From Diplonema japonicum (Eukaryota; Protista; Euglenozoa: Diplonemea), in the NCBI GenBank assembly GCA_964019335.1, contig OZ025669.1, positions 372,001-436,000 of the forward strand: 64,000 nt of DNA, given 5' to 3'. The notes under the pieces are model-generated. The model was not told where the DNA came from. It searched no databases and was given only the letters and a program-made list of their open reading frames with translations. Positions 28,815 through 38,289 of this stretch are shown here, one piece after another. Position 1 is the stretch's first letter. Each line of letters opens with the position of its first letter. The translations under genes and the position numbers were made by a program.

Positions 28815-31808
28815 TCAAACCTTCACGACCCCCTTAAAAAAAAAAAAGAAAACACTTACCGAAACCTCACCCCAGACCAACTCCGGATCTTCACTGGGGT
28901 GAACACAGGGTTTGACCTCATGGGCCAGCTTCTTCAAAACAGGGTCGTTGTGCTCAGCAGCAAGCGCGAGGAGCGGTTCTTTTGTACCTTCCATTGCAGC
29001 TTCCACGGCATTCACAACTTGCATCGGCTTCTCTTCGATTTCCAAACTGCTGCCACACACACCCCAAGTGTGGGATTGCTCGCATTGAGCAAGATCTGCA
29101 CGATACACAGATATGTAGTTGGGAAGCTTATCAGACGACATTGTGAATAAAAGACTGAGCACAGGAGCGAATGTACGGTCGCTGGGGGACCCTGGGATGT
29201 TTGCACTTTCCGCCATGAGCAAAGGTGCACCTATACGAACAGCGATGGTGTTGATCTTCACCGCAAGGAGGTAGGCACCGCCCACAGCCATGTGGTATCT
29301 CCGTGCCTCGGTGCCGATGTTTCCGTGCCACATATGACCGGTCACGAGGCTGGTGCTCTGGACAACCTTGCTGGACTCCGCGAAGTCGATGGCAAAGCGC
29401 ACCGCGAACCTTGCAGCTTGCGCTGCATGCGTGATGCATTTCTTCTCACCGTTCCATATGCACATGACGTTGGTGCCTTGCATTTGCATCACGGTTCCTC
29501 CGCAGCGTTCGCACGCTTCGTCGATGTGCGAAATGAAAACATTGACCTCACCGACCATGTCGCAGGACGCAGGTGGGGTCAGTGTGGAACGGGACACTGT
29601 TGCGCAGGACTTCCCCAGCCTGGTGTCCAGCTTGGCTATGACTTTTTTCTCGCCGCCGCCAGCCAGGGTCGATACAGAGGATTTCGAGGCCCGTCGCTTG
29701 TCGCTGCCTTCTTGTACCTTTATGCTAACTAGACGTTCTTCCAGCTCCGCGGGGACCACTCCTATCAGGTTCCCCGCACCGAAGTCCTTTACCAGCTTAT
29801 CGTCGAAAGTGATTGTTTTTATGTTCAGATTTGTGTTTTCTGGAAAGCACTCCGACGAAGTAATGATCAGCCCACCGTAACCCGTTGCCTGCACACGCGC
29901 TGCTTTGTTCACAGTCGCTCCGAAGAAGTCGATACGTCCTGTGAGGGGGTTCGGTTCAGCCTCCACGGGGCCCGACATCATCCCCATCCGTACACGGAAA
30001 CCGTTCCACATTAGAGATCCGCGCGAATCCAGTATTTTCCTGCAATACAAAGACTGCAGCAAGGAGTCCGGGTAGTTGATGTTCAGCAGTTCCTTTTGCG
30101 TGTCGACGCAGAAGGCCAACGCTTCCCCAACGTCCTGGAAAGCTATCATAAAGGCGTCACCTATGATCTTGACCTCGTACCCTTCATGCTTCACCAGCTG
30201 CGTTCTAATACACGAATGGTGCAGGCTAAGGCTCTCCACCATCCCTTCTGGACACTCGTTCCACAAATTCGAGTTGCCCTGAATGTCCGTGAAGACAACG
30301 GTGATCTTGCTTAAATTGCTCGGCGGAGATGTTTTGGACAACAGTTGCATCTCTGTGTCTTCAGCATCTTCCTCAACCGGGTCGGTGATGTCCTGAGGAA
30401 GGTATTTAATGTACTCCATAAGCGTTGCAGTCAGGAAGGTGAAGGAATTCCCGATGACGTGGAACTCTTTGATGCGAGAGTTTCCTAAGGTGTCGGGGAT
30501 CTCGTCGAGCTTCAGGGTGTTCGCGTGTTCCATTGCGCTCATTAAGGGCGAGAATGAAGCTGAGATTGCGACGCAGATAGCGCAGGCGAAGCATACTCCT
30601 ACAACAGACGTGCACACCGCGATGATGATGAATTTCTTGGCCGACGAGCTAGCTGTTTCCATGTATTCAGAGAGCGGTGTGATCGATACTGCGACCAAGG
30701 GCGGGTATTTTTCTTCAAAAGCGGTACCAACCTTGAGCCAGCCAACAGCGTACTCCGTCCCGTGCGTCCAGCGTTTGTACTGAACAATCCCTGCCGGTGT
30801 CTCATCCACTGTCGTCAACGTCATAAGAAGTTCTCCCAGCGTCCTGTCCACCATGGTTCCCTCATGAATGGTGTCGTTCACAGGCTTTGTTGTTACCACC
30901 GTTGCGTTCGGATGCACTACAATTGCGAACCTCCCTTTCCCTATAGGGACCTCGGCGTGGTACTCCACCACGTACACCTTGCCAGTCTCCGCTTGCCGGA
31001 ATTCCCTCAACACATTACTCATCAACGCCAAGGAGTAGTCGACCTGTATGCTTGCCTCTGGAACATACTCCGAGTTGTACAGGATTCGATGGTACGTGAT
31101 CAAGAACAGCGAACCTACAGGATACACCGGACGCCAAGAAGCTGATATGTTGGGTTCCATAAGGTAGTGCCACCAGGATCTGAGGCGGCTGTCGTACCCA
31201 TAAGAGCCACCCGTTGCCACCGCTGGTGATGTCGGCCACTCGGGGGGTCTGAGTCTTGTAGAGGGCGGGCGTTTTAAATAGAACATTGGTGTGTAGTTGG
31301 AAGTAACGAGGGTGCGGTAGGTGGTGGTCTGATCCGCGAGGCGGATTTCGAGGGATTGGTTGTCACCACGGTAGTTTTTTGATAAGCGGCATTCAAAGTC
31401 GGTGTGGTCTCGGGAGGCGGAGTCGAGACCTTTCACTGAGGTCATTGTGTCGCCGTAGCGCCCGAAGACCCCTAAGTAGTACACTGCGGGTTCATACAGA
31501 TTGTGGCTGAAAAGTGTGATTGTGAAATCTGTATAGTCATCTCTCTCTCCGAACCACACCGTCCCGTACTTCATCATCGACATGACACTGTGCTGCACCA
31601 TGATGGTCAGAGACGTTTCCCTTCCTGTATCAAATGTCGACGTCATGATGCACCATGCGTGATGCAGTCCCTTCTCGGTGACGGACTTCGCACTCTCAAG
31701 CGCAAGGTTTTTGAGCGAATTCCACCCTGTCACAGACAACGCGGCCCCCATCGTCACCACGATGGCGATCACGCTTATTAAAATCATGTGTGTGAGCTTG
31801 ACTTGCAT
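28815..31808 (-). CDS. Receptor adenylate cyclase: TM-dCache_1-TM-HAMP-cyclase-pseudocyclase
   Basis: Start MQVKLTH 31808. N-terminal TM, then YDSRLRSW..Y..D Cache motif, second TM (FIIIAVC..CVAI) and a HAMP-like helix pair. Cyclase motifs FTDIQG, YEVKIIGDAF, DFFGATVNKAAR. Last few codons uncertain (possible 27-nt intron 28833-28859). Confidence 0.85.
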   Translation of the reverse strand: MQVKLTHMILISVIAIVVTMGAALSVTGWNSLKNLALESAKSVTEKGLHHAWCIMTSTFDTGRETSLTIMVQHSVMSMMKYGTVWFGERDDYTDFTITLFSHNLYEPAVYYLGVFGRYGDTMTSVKGLDSASRDHTDFECRLSKNYRGDNQSLEIRLADQTTTYRTLVTSNYTPMFYLKRPPSTRLRPPEWPTSPAVATGGSYGYDSRLRSWWHYLMEPNISASWRPVYPVGSLFLITYHRILYNSEYVPEASIQVDYSLALMSNVLREFRQAETGKVYVVEYHAEVPIGKGRFAIVVHPNATVVTTKPVNDTIHEGTMVDRTLGELLMTLTTVDETPAGIVQYKRWTHGTEYAVGWLKVGTAFEEKYPPLVAVSITPLSEYMETASSSAKKFIIIAVCTSVVGVCFACAICVAISASFSPLMSAMEHANTLKLDEIPDTLGNSRIKEFHVIGNSFTFLTATLMEYIKYLPQDITDPVEEDAEDTEMQLLSKTSPPSNLSKITVVFTDIQGNSNLWNECPEGMVESLSLHHSCIRTQLVKHEGYEVKIIGDAFMIAFQDVGEALAFCVDTQKELLNINYPDSLLQSLYCRKILDSRGSLMWNGFRVRMGMMSGPVEAEPNPLTGRIDFFGATVNKAARVQATGYGGLIITSSECFPENTNLNIKTITFDDKLVKDFGAGNLIGVVPAELEERLVSIKVQEGSDKRRASKSSVSTLAGGGEKKVIAKLDTRLGKSCATVSRSTLTPPASCDMVGEVNVFISHIDEACERCGGTVMQMQGTNVMCIWNGEKKCITHAAQAARFAVRFAIDFAESSKVVQSTSLVTGHMWHGNIGTEARRYHMAVGGAYLLAVKINTIAVRIGAPLLMAESANIPGSPSDRTFAPVLSLLFTMSSDKLPNYISVYRADLAQCEQSHTWGVCGSSLEIEEKPMQVVNAVEAAMEGTKEPLLALAAEHNDPVLKKLAHEVKPCVHPSEDPELVWGEVSVSVFFFFFKGVVKV

Positions 31809-31906
31809 TTTTTCTTTTTTTTGTTTCTTTTTATTTTGCTGTTGGTTTTTTAAATAATTTTTATAAACAAGATTTTTCACAGGGAAGAAAAAAAAAAAAA
31901 AAAAAA

Positions 31907-32869
31907 TCACCACAACTCAAACTGAACGTCCGCAACGTAGTGGAAGACCTGCGGGCGGTACGACTTCACCTTTCGAACCCGGACGACTCTGGCAACGGGC
32001 TTCGGGGAGCATTCCATTGAAGTCATGGCACAATAGTCGATAGAGAGAGAAGCGAGGGGTGGGGAGAAAAGCTGCGGAGGCTGAAGAGGAAGACACGGAA
32101 CGAATGGGGAGAAATGATCCACAGGAGTGGTGAGCGCGGCTTCTTTGGTGCTGAGGTAGTGGTAGTGAACGGTCCCGCTTGGTTTCAGGAACGAGATGGC
32201 ACGGGGTATGAACGGTTTAGCATCTTCTTTTCCGTCGAAGAAGCCCATGGACACTCTGTCAGCGGTACCAAGGAGCTCAGTTCCTATTTCCCTGTTGTCT
32301 CCGTTCTGCACGTGGACGCGATCGCTTACACCGTTGAGTGCTGCATTTTTGACTAAAAATTCAGCACTGACAGGATTTTTTTCAAGAGCGTGTACCATCC
32401 CACCGTTCTTTGCGATGGGAAGCGTGAAGTAGCCTATTCCTGCAAACATATCGACGACTGTTTCACCAGGGGTCGTCAGCTCCCCCATCTTTACCCGTTC
32501 TGTTGTGTTCCCGCTGCTGAACATGATCCGGGCTGCGTCGAAGCTGTATTTCACACGGTTTTCAATGTGTACTGTCTCTGTTTCCCGTTCTGTTTCTTCG
32601 TTTCTCCTTGCTAGCACTATGCTCCCTTGTGGTTTGCGAAGCTCCCCGCCTACCCTCCCCACGTCTTCGATCACTATTCTCAGGTTCAGTCCCTTCACAA
32701 AAGCTTCCCCCACCCTTTGCTTCACCTCGTACGACGTTCCTTCCTTCAGCTGTATCACCGCAAGATCGCCATGCAACTCCCATTTTTTCGGAACCCACTC
32801 CTCGGGTGCCTCCTTGTCCACTCGCGTGTAAGCATTGATGACCTTCTGACGGGGTGCTACGGGAGGCAT
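31907..32869 (-). CDS. TYW2: tRNA wybutosine-synthesizing protein 2 (Trm12/Met-10+ family)
   Basis: PKKWELHGD, ENRVKYSFDAARIMFSSGNTTER, VVDMFAGIGYFTLP, GDNR and VKSYRPQVFHYVAD. Confidence 0.9.
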   Translation of the reverse strand: MPPVAPRQKVINAYTRVDKEAPEEWVPKKWELHGDLAVIQLKEGTSYEVKQRVGEAFVKGLNLRIVIEDVGRVGGELRKPQGSIVLARRNEETERETETVHIENRVKYSFDAARIMFSSGNTTERVKMGELTTPGETVVDMFAGIGYFTLPIAKNGGMVHALEKNPVSAEFLVKNAALNGVSDRVHVQNGDNREIGTELLGTADRVSMGFFDGKEDAKPFIPRAISFLKPSGTVHYHYLSTKEAALTTPVDHFSPFVPCLPLQPPQLFSPPLASLSIDYCAMTSMECSPKPVARVVRVRKVKSYRPQVFHYVADVQFELW

Positions 32870-33054
32870 TATTTTTTCTTTTTTTTTTTCTTCTTTTTTC
32901 CCCACTTTAAAAAGTTAGAAAGAACAGATAAATTTTTCAAAAAAGAAGAAGAAGGGGAAAAAAAAAAAAAAAAAAAAAAGAATACAAGAATTAAAAAGAC
33001 TGAGTGTAATTGATCTCACCTTCTCCCCCTCCCCTCCTCTTCGTTTTTTTTTTT

Positions 33055-33318
33055 TTAACCTCCGGGTGGTAAGCATGACACATCCCAAATTTTGCGGCCT
33101 CGCTTATTCTGCCAATACATACCGTTCAAAACAGGGTTGTGAAGCGAGGCTTGTGTTTTCATCGGGTTTTTAGAGCAGCATTGTCCTTTTGATGCGTAAG
33201 CGAAAAACCGTCTATCCACGCAAGCGATCGCTTTCGGCTTGACGAGGATGGAGTCGTGATGGGGGTCCTCCATGTGGCGTTCAAGATTCGACATCGCGGC
33301 TGCGTCATATTGAGTCAT
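33055..33318 (-). CDS. Small hypothetical protein (87 aa), or a 3' exon of the upstream DnaJ/thioredoxin gene
   Basis: MTQYDAAAMSNLERH.. is a homopolymer-free ORF in frame with the upstream gene's last exon. Confidence 0.4.
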   Translation of the reverse strand: MTQYDAAAMSNLERHMEDPHHDSILVKPKAIACVDRRFFAYASKGQCCSKNPMKTQASLHNPVLNGMYWQNKRGRKIWDVSCLPPGG

Positions 33319-33447
33319 AGTTTCTTTCCCCCGCTCTCTCCCTCCCTTCCTCCCCCTTTTGTTTTTGTTTCTCATAACAAAAGAAACGGCCGTATAATGG
33401 ACACTGTTTTGTTAAAAAAAAACAAATCCCCGCTTCCCCCCCCTTCC

Positions 33448-35879
33448 TTACTCTTCCCTGGGGTAAAACTTAAAGCTGTCTTTTAATATTTGTTTCACCC
33501 ACGATTCCAATACAGCTGCTTCTTTATTTCCCTGGAATACTAATTGTCTCTTTCTGTTGTTCGGTCCGTTGGGGTAAAGGGCTACCAACGGGTAGCCTTG
33601 GATGCCGTACTGCTGGCAGAGATCCTTTTGAGAATCGCAGTCGACGGAGATGACAGGCAGGGGGTGGAGGGTGTTGGCGAGGTTCTTCCAGATTGGTTTG
33701 AGCATGGTGCAGGGCGGGCACCATTCCCCTGCGGAGAAGGCTACAAGTGCTGGTGTGGTCCTGCTCTTCACCAGCTGCTTCAGCTTGGAAGCAGTAGCTT
33801 TAATCACGTGATTGTCGATGAGTTCATCAACCCACGCTGCCATGGCATCTGGACGCCTGTCACCGTCGTAGTTTAGTGGGGTTCGTGCGCCCTGTGCATG
33901 TTTTTTTTTTTTTTTTTTTTACAAATACCTTCAAGTGCAAATGCATAGTAGGGTAGCTTCCTATACCCATCGTGCTGCAGAACTGGCCATGCAGCTCACA
34001 GTCCACGTGTCCGAGTTTGATCTGGGGGGGAAAAAAAGAGAAAAAAAAAAAAAGGTTTTGTTGGTATAGATAGTGATATATACCTTGTCCCCCACGGGGA
34101 GCCCCTCGAGGATTCTTGTTGTGTCCTTCCATGGCTGACGGATCGAGTTGCAGGGTGGGCACCACGACCCTGCGTTGTACAGGATGAACCAGTTATCGCT
34201 TGATTGCCTGACTAGTTTGTTGAAGTTTCCTGCGTTGAGGTCTGTTAGTTCGAGGGGTTCCATTTCCCTTTTGCATTCTTGAAGCATGCTAGCAGGGTCC
34301 ATCAAGTTCAGGTGGTGCGGTTCCTGTGTCTTGGCCTGCACCCCACCGCGGTACATCCTCAACGCAGGCAGCTTGCCCCCCAACCCCAGACTGCTGCAGA
34401 ATGCTTCGTGCTCGGAGCAGTTAATCGATGCCACCCTCAGCCTGGTGTTTTTGCGCGACACGTAGCCTTTCGTGATTCTGGATTTTTTATACTTTTTTTT
34501 TTCTCCCCCTGCATCACACACCTCGCCATGATCTCCCAGTCAGCTTGGTAGTGTGTGCACGACTTGCAGTTGTCATCGGAGGTGAACAGGATCTTTTGAT
34601 ATTTTCATTATGAGGGTTTTTATACATACCGCCCAAGCGGTCGCCTCTTTCAACACCACTTCATAGAAGCTCCTCGACGTGAGCTTCACGATGCTGGATT
34701 TCTGGTGTGTGAAGACGAAGTTGGTGAGGTCGCGGGTGGACCACTGCCGGTCCTCGTAAGGGAAGAATTCGAGACGGAGGGGCGTGGTCTTGATAAACGC
34801 TGGATGGGGAAAGGTTGGGGCGTAGAACGTCGACCGCGTGGCGTACGCAACACGCCAGGCTTTGCTGGATTCCCTGTGTTTATATTATTATTATTATTAT
34901 CACTCTCACCAACCCCAACATACGGAGCCTGCAGGCAAAAATTCCTGTGTTCCCTTTTGGAACAGTCGACCCTGATCACAGAAACATCCTTTTTGGAGTA
35001 TTTTTGAATGGTTTCAACGGCAAGGGCAAGCTCTATCCTGCAGTCCATGCAATCGGTGTATTCAAATGTGACCAATTCCCACGTCTCTGTGACCTCGATG
35101 GTTTTCTTGGGAAGCGACAGATGTTGCGCCGAAGCAGAAGGCACAGGAGCGTGCCTGGACACAGCAAGCATCCCAGGTGTGTAATGCGTGATGTGGGAAT
35201 CGGTGTAGGTGAGAAGGTTCGATGCTGCAAAGTCAACCAACGACTGGGATTCGATACGGCCGTTGTACATTTGGCGGTTCCCATTGTTGAGAGAAAAGAT
35301 GGTGGGGAGGGTCCGCATGCCGAACGACCTGCACAGCTGCATGAGATCGTCGCATTGGACTGTCCCGATGTTGACAACACCTTTCATTCTGGTTGCGAAC
35401 TTTGTCCAGATTTCTGATGCCTCCAGGCAGTCCGGGTAGTTTTTGCCCCAGAATAATATCATCCACTTTTCCTTGTTCTCGATAACGGTGTCCATTTCCT
35501 CTTTGCTCTTGAAGGTGTAAGCGTCGTGAGTCCCTCCGAATAGTTGGGACCTTTTCCATTCGGTGTTTGCATCTGTGCCGATGTCCATTTTGCCCTCAGT
35601 GTCATAGGTGTGTCTTCGTTCTTCATCTGAGAGAATCTCATAGGCTTCGGTTACTTCCATGATTTTGGACTTTGCGAGTTCTTTGGGCCACTTTGTGATG
35701 TCCGGGTGGAGCATTCTGCTCCATTTTTGGTACATTTTCTTGACGTCTTTCGTTGTCGCTTCCTTCGTCAGGTTCATCACCGAATACAGATTTTTCACCC
35801 CGCCGCCTCGACCCCTCTGCCCCTCCGCCGACCCCACCACCGCTGCAAAAATGACCAACCACGCTTTGTAAAAACCCAT
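33448..35879 (-). CDS. DNAJC10: ERdj5-like J-domain + multiple thioredoxin domain protein (6 exons)
   Basis: Signal peptide, J domain with HPD, and Trx-like domains with YPDC, CMDC, CKSC, WCPPC, WCPPC. Introns 34874-34923, 34593-34629, 34478-34521, 34022-34083 and 33892-33928 all restore the frame. Confidence 0.85.
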
Positions 35880-35926
35880 TTTTTTTTTTTTTTTTTTTCT
35901 TTACAAGTTAAAAAAAAAAAAATTGC

Positions 35927-35971
<45 letters not shown>

Positions 35972-36834
35972 TCGTAAGTCTTGAAACGAGCGGGGGATAT
36001 GAGAATGAGACGGGGAATTCACGAGATGGCGGTGGGGAGGGGCAACGGTTCCCCATCACCAAAAGGGGAGGTGGGGAGGTGGGGGGTGGACTGTGAGTGG
36101 AAAGATAGGAGTGTATGTCGAAATTCGTTTTTTTTTTTTCCCCCTTTTCCCCCACCCCTCCCCTCTTTTTTTTTTTTCCTTTTTTTTTTCTCTCTCCTTT
36201 GTCTATAGTTATAAAAAAACAAAAAATTGTGTCTCGTTAGTTCTTAATATTCGCTTCATTCCAAAAGAAATCTCTTTTTCTAAATCACCTTGCTGTGGGG
36301 AGAAAAAGAAAAGAGCAGGTTCTCAGTCCGTCGTTTGTGGGAGAATTGTGATATTTACAGCACTCAAAGGCGTCCTGCTCTTGGGAGTCGCTGCCGGTCT
36401 ATACCACCACTTCCCCCTCAAAAATCTTCTATTTTAAAAAACAGAAAATTGCGAGAAAAAAAAAAAGAGAGAAAAAAAAAACAAAGAAAAGGCAAGAAAG
36501 GTGACCTGAAATCACCCTTCTCCCCCATTTTTCTCCTTTTTTCTTAACGGAAAACTGTAACCGACAAAACAGCAGAGGGCATTTTTTTTTTTTTTTTTTT
36601 TTTTTTTCCCTCCAAAGAAAAGGGTGTATGTGGTGCAAAAGATGAAACAGGAGGGGGGAGGGGGACTAAATGACAGAACAAAACTAAATAAAACAGAAGA
36701 ATATTGGGAGGGGGGATGTAGCAACAATTAATTTTCTTTTTATTTTTATTTTATTGGTGAAATCTCCAGGTAGAAATGTACTGCCAGTTGTCGTCGGGAA
36801 ATAAAATAAAAATAAAATATTGGATTGTTAAAGC

Positions 36835-36958
36835 AAAGTGAACTTTATTCTTCCCTCGGCTGATATGCTATCCCTCGGGTCTTATTTTCCCTCGCTTCGC
36901 TCGGGAAAAATAACCCCCTCGGGATAGAATATCAGCCTCTGGAAATAAAGTTCACTTT
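36835..36958 (-). mobile_element. 124-bp palindromic hairpin element with GCGAAGC core and tandem G.A mismatches
   Basis: 15-bp perfect terminal IR 36835-36849/36944-36958. Inner arms GGCTGATAT/ATATCAGCC, CTATCCC/GGGATAG and TTATTTTCCC/GGGAAAAATAA around CTCGCTTCGCTCG. Confidence 0.6.
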
Positions 36959-36988
36959 ATTTATTCAAAAATCAACAGTTATTATTTT

Positions 36989-38134
36989 TTAGAACATGAC
37001 GGCCCGAATCCTGCGCCTTTTTGCGTCAACAATCTTCTGCACGTTCCCCTCAGCAAGAAATGTCAAGACCAGAATCCTCAGGTCATTAGGAAGCCATGAA
37101 CCCGACTCAACGGGCAATCTCATATTCAACATCAAAAAGCACATCGAGGTGCATTTAAAAACAGGCGTTGTCGCTGGAAAGTGCTCCCACCAACAGTCCG
37201 CACCAGACCGTATTAGAGCTTGTGCCTCGGGGTTACGGCGGACGAGCCAAAGAGAGTAAGAATGCGTCACCGGCGTACGCCAAAGAACCCACGCAAGATT
37301 TTTCGAGATGAAAGCTGGATCAGAATTGTAAGCAGCGAGGATGCGATCCGTTTTGCGGCAGAAGAAGTAATGTGTTGTGAAGAAGGACCCGAGGAGGAGA
37401 AGAGGGACCAAAGCATCAACTTCATCGAAAGCCCTGCGTTCAGAATGCGAAGCATGCTTCCACAAAAACAACGTGATGAACACCAGCAACACGATGAATA
37501 CAGACATTCCAATGGGCGCAACACCAAGCCTTCTGTACACCTTGTTGATCGAGTCGATCACGTCATCAATGCGATCGGTTCCCAAGGCACGTTCCACCTG
37601 CCGCGGCACCTTTGACGAGCTGGAATCGAACAACTTCCCATATTTCAACAACAATTGTGCGGCGAAATGGCCATGAACACCGTATATTTGGTTCGTCGGG
37701 CCTGGCTCAACAAGCTCTATGTGTTTTCTATGAATAACCACGTAAGCTATAAACGACTGACATAGTATTGTAGACCATAGAAACAGCCACACATCACGCA
37801 GGACGCTGTAAGTTGACGTTGCGTTTTTCTTTGAAGGGAAGACAAGTTCCATTCCTACCACGTACATTAGCAGAGCGTTGAAGGTGCACCCGGCCAGGGA
37901 GCCCAGCCATTCCGCTGCTTTCGTGGGGCACCTCAACCCCCATGGGAGGCCATTCCGCAGCCCCGCCCATATCACCGTGAACACCCCTCCTACAACCCCA
38001 CCCAAACCCCATCTTCGAAACGATTTATCAATCACCTCCCTCATCTCAATCTGCTCCTCATTGCTCAAACCTCTTTCGGTTATATCGATCAATGCCTGTT
38101 CTTCACTGTACTCATCGTCTGACGGTGTATCCAT
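36989..38134 (-). CDS. Hypothetical multi-pass membrane protein (381 aa)
   Basis: Long ORF with about 5 hydrophobic segments; ATG after an A-run. Confidence 0.7.
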   Translation of the reverse strand: MDTPSDDEYSEEQALIDITERGLSNEEQIEMREVIDKSFRRWGLGGVVGGVFTVIWAGLRNGLPWGLRCPTKAAEWLGSLAGCTFNALLMYVVGMELVFPSKKNATSTYSVLRDVWLFLWSTILCQSFIAYVVIHRKHIELVEPGPTNQIYGVHGHFAAQLLLKYGKLFDSSSSKVPRQVERALGTDRIDDVIDSINKVYRRLGVAPIGMSVFIVLLVFITLFLWKHASHSERRAFDEVDALVPLLLLGSFFTTHYFFCRKTDRILAAYNSDPAFISKNLAWVLWRTPVTHSYSLWLVRRNPEAQALIRSGADCWWEHFPATTPVFKCTSMCFLMLNMRLPVESGSWLPNDLRILVLTFLAEGNVQKIVDAKRRRIRAVMF

Positions 38135-38289
38135 TTTTTTTTAAACGGTCGGGGGGTGGGTGGGTGGGGGGAGGGCCTTTTTTTTTTCTGTGCTGTACGA
38201 GAGAGAAAAAAAAAGGGGGGAGGGAAGGGAAAGGAATACAACAAAAATTCTATGTCAGTTTTTTCTTTTTTCTTTTTTTTTTTCTCCTT

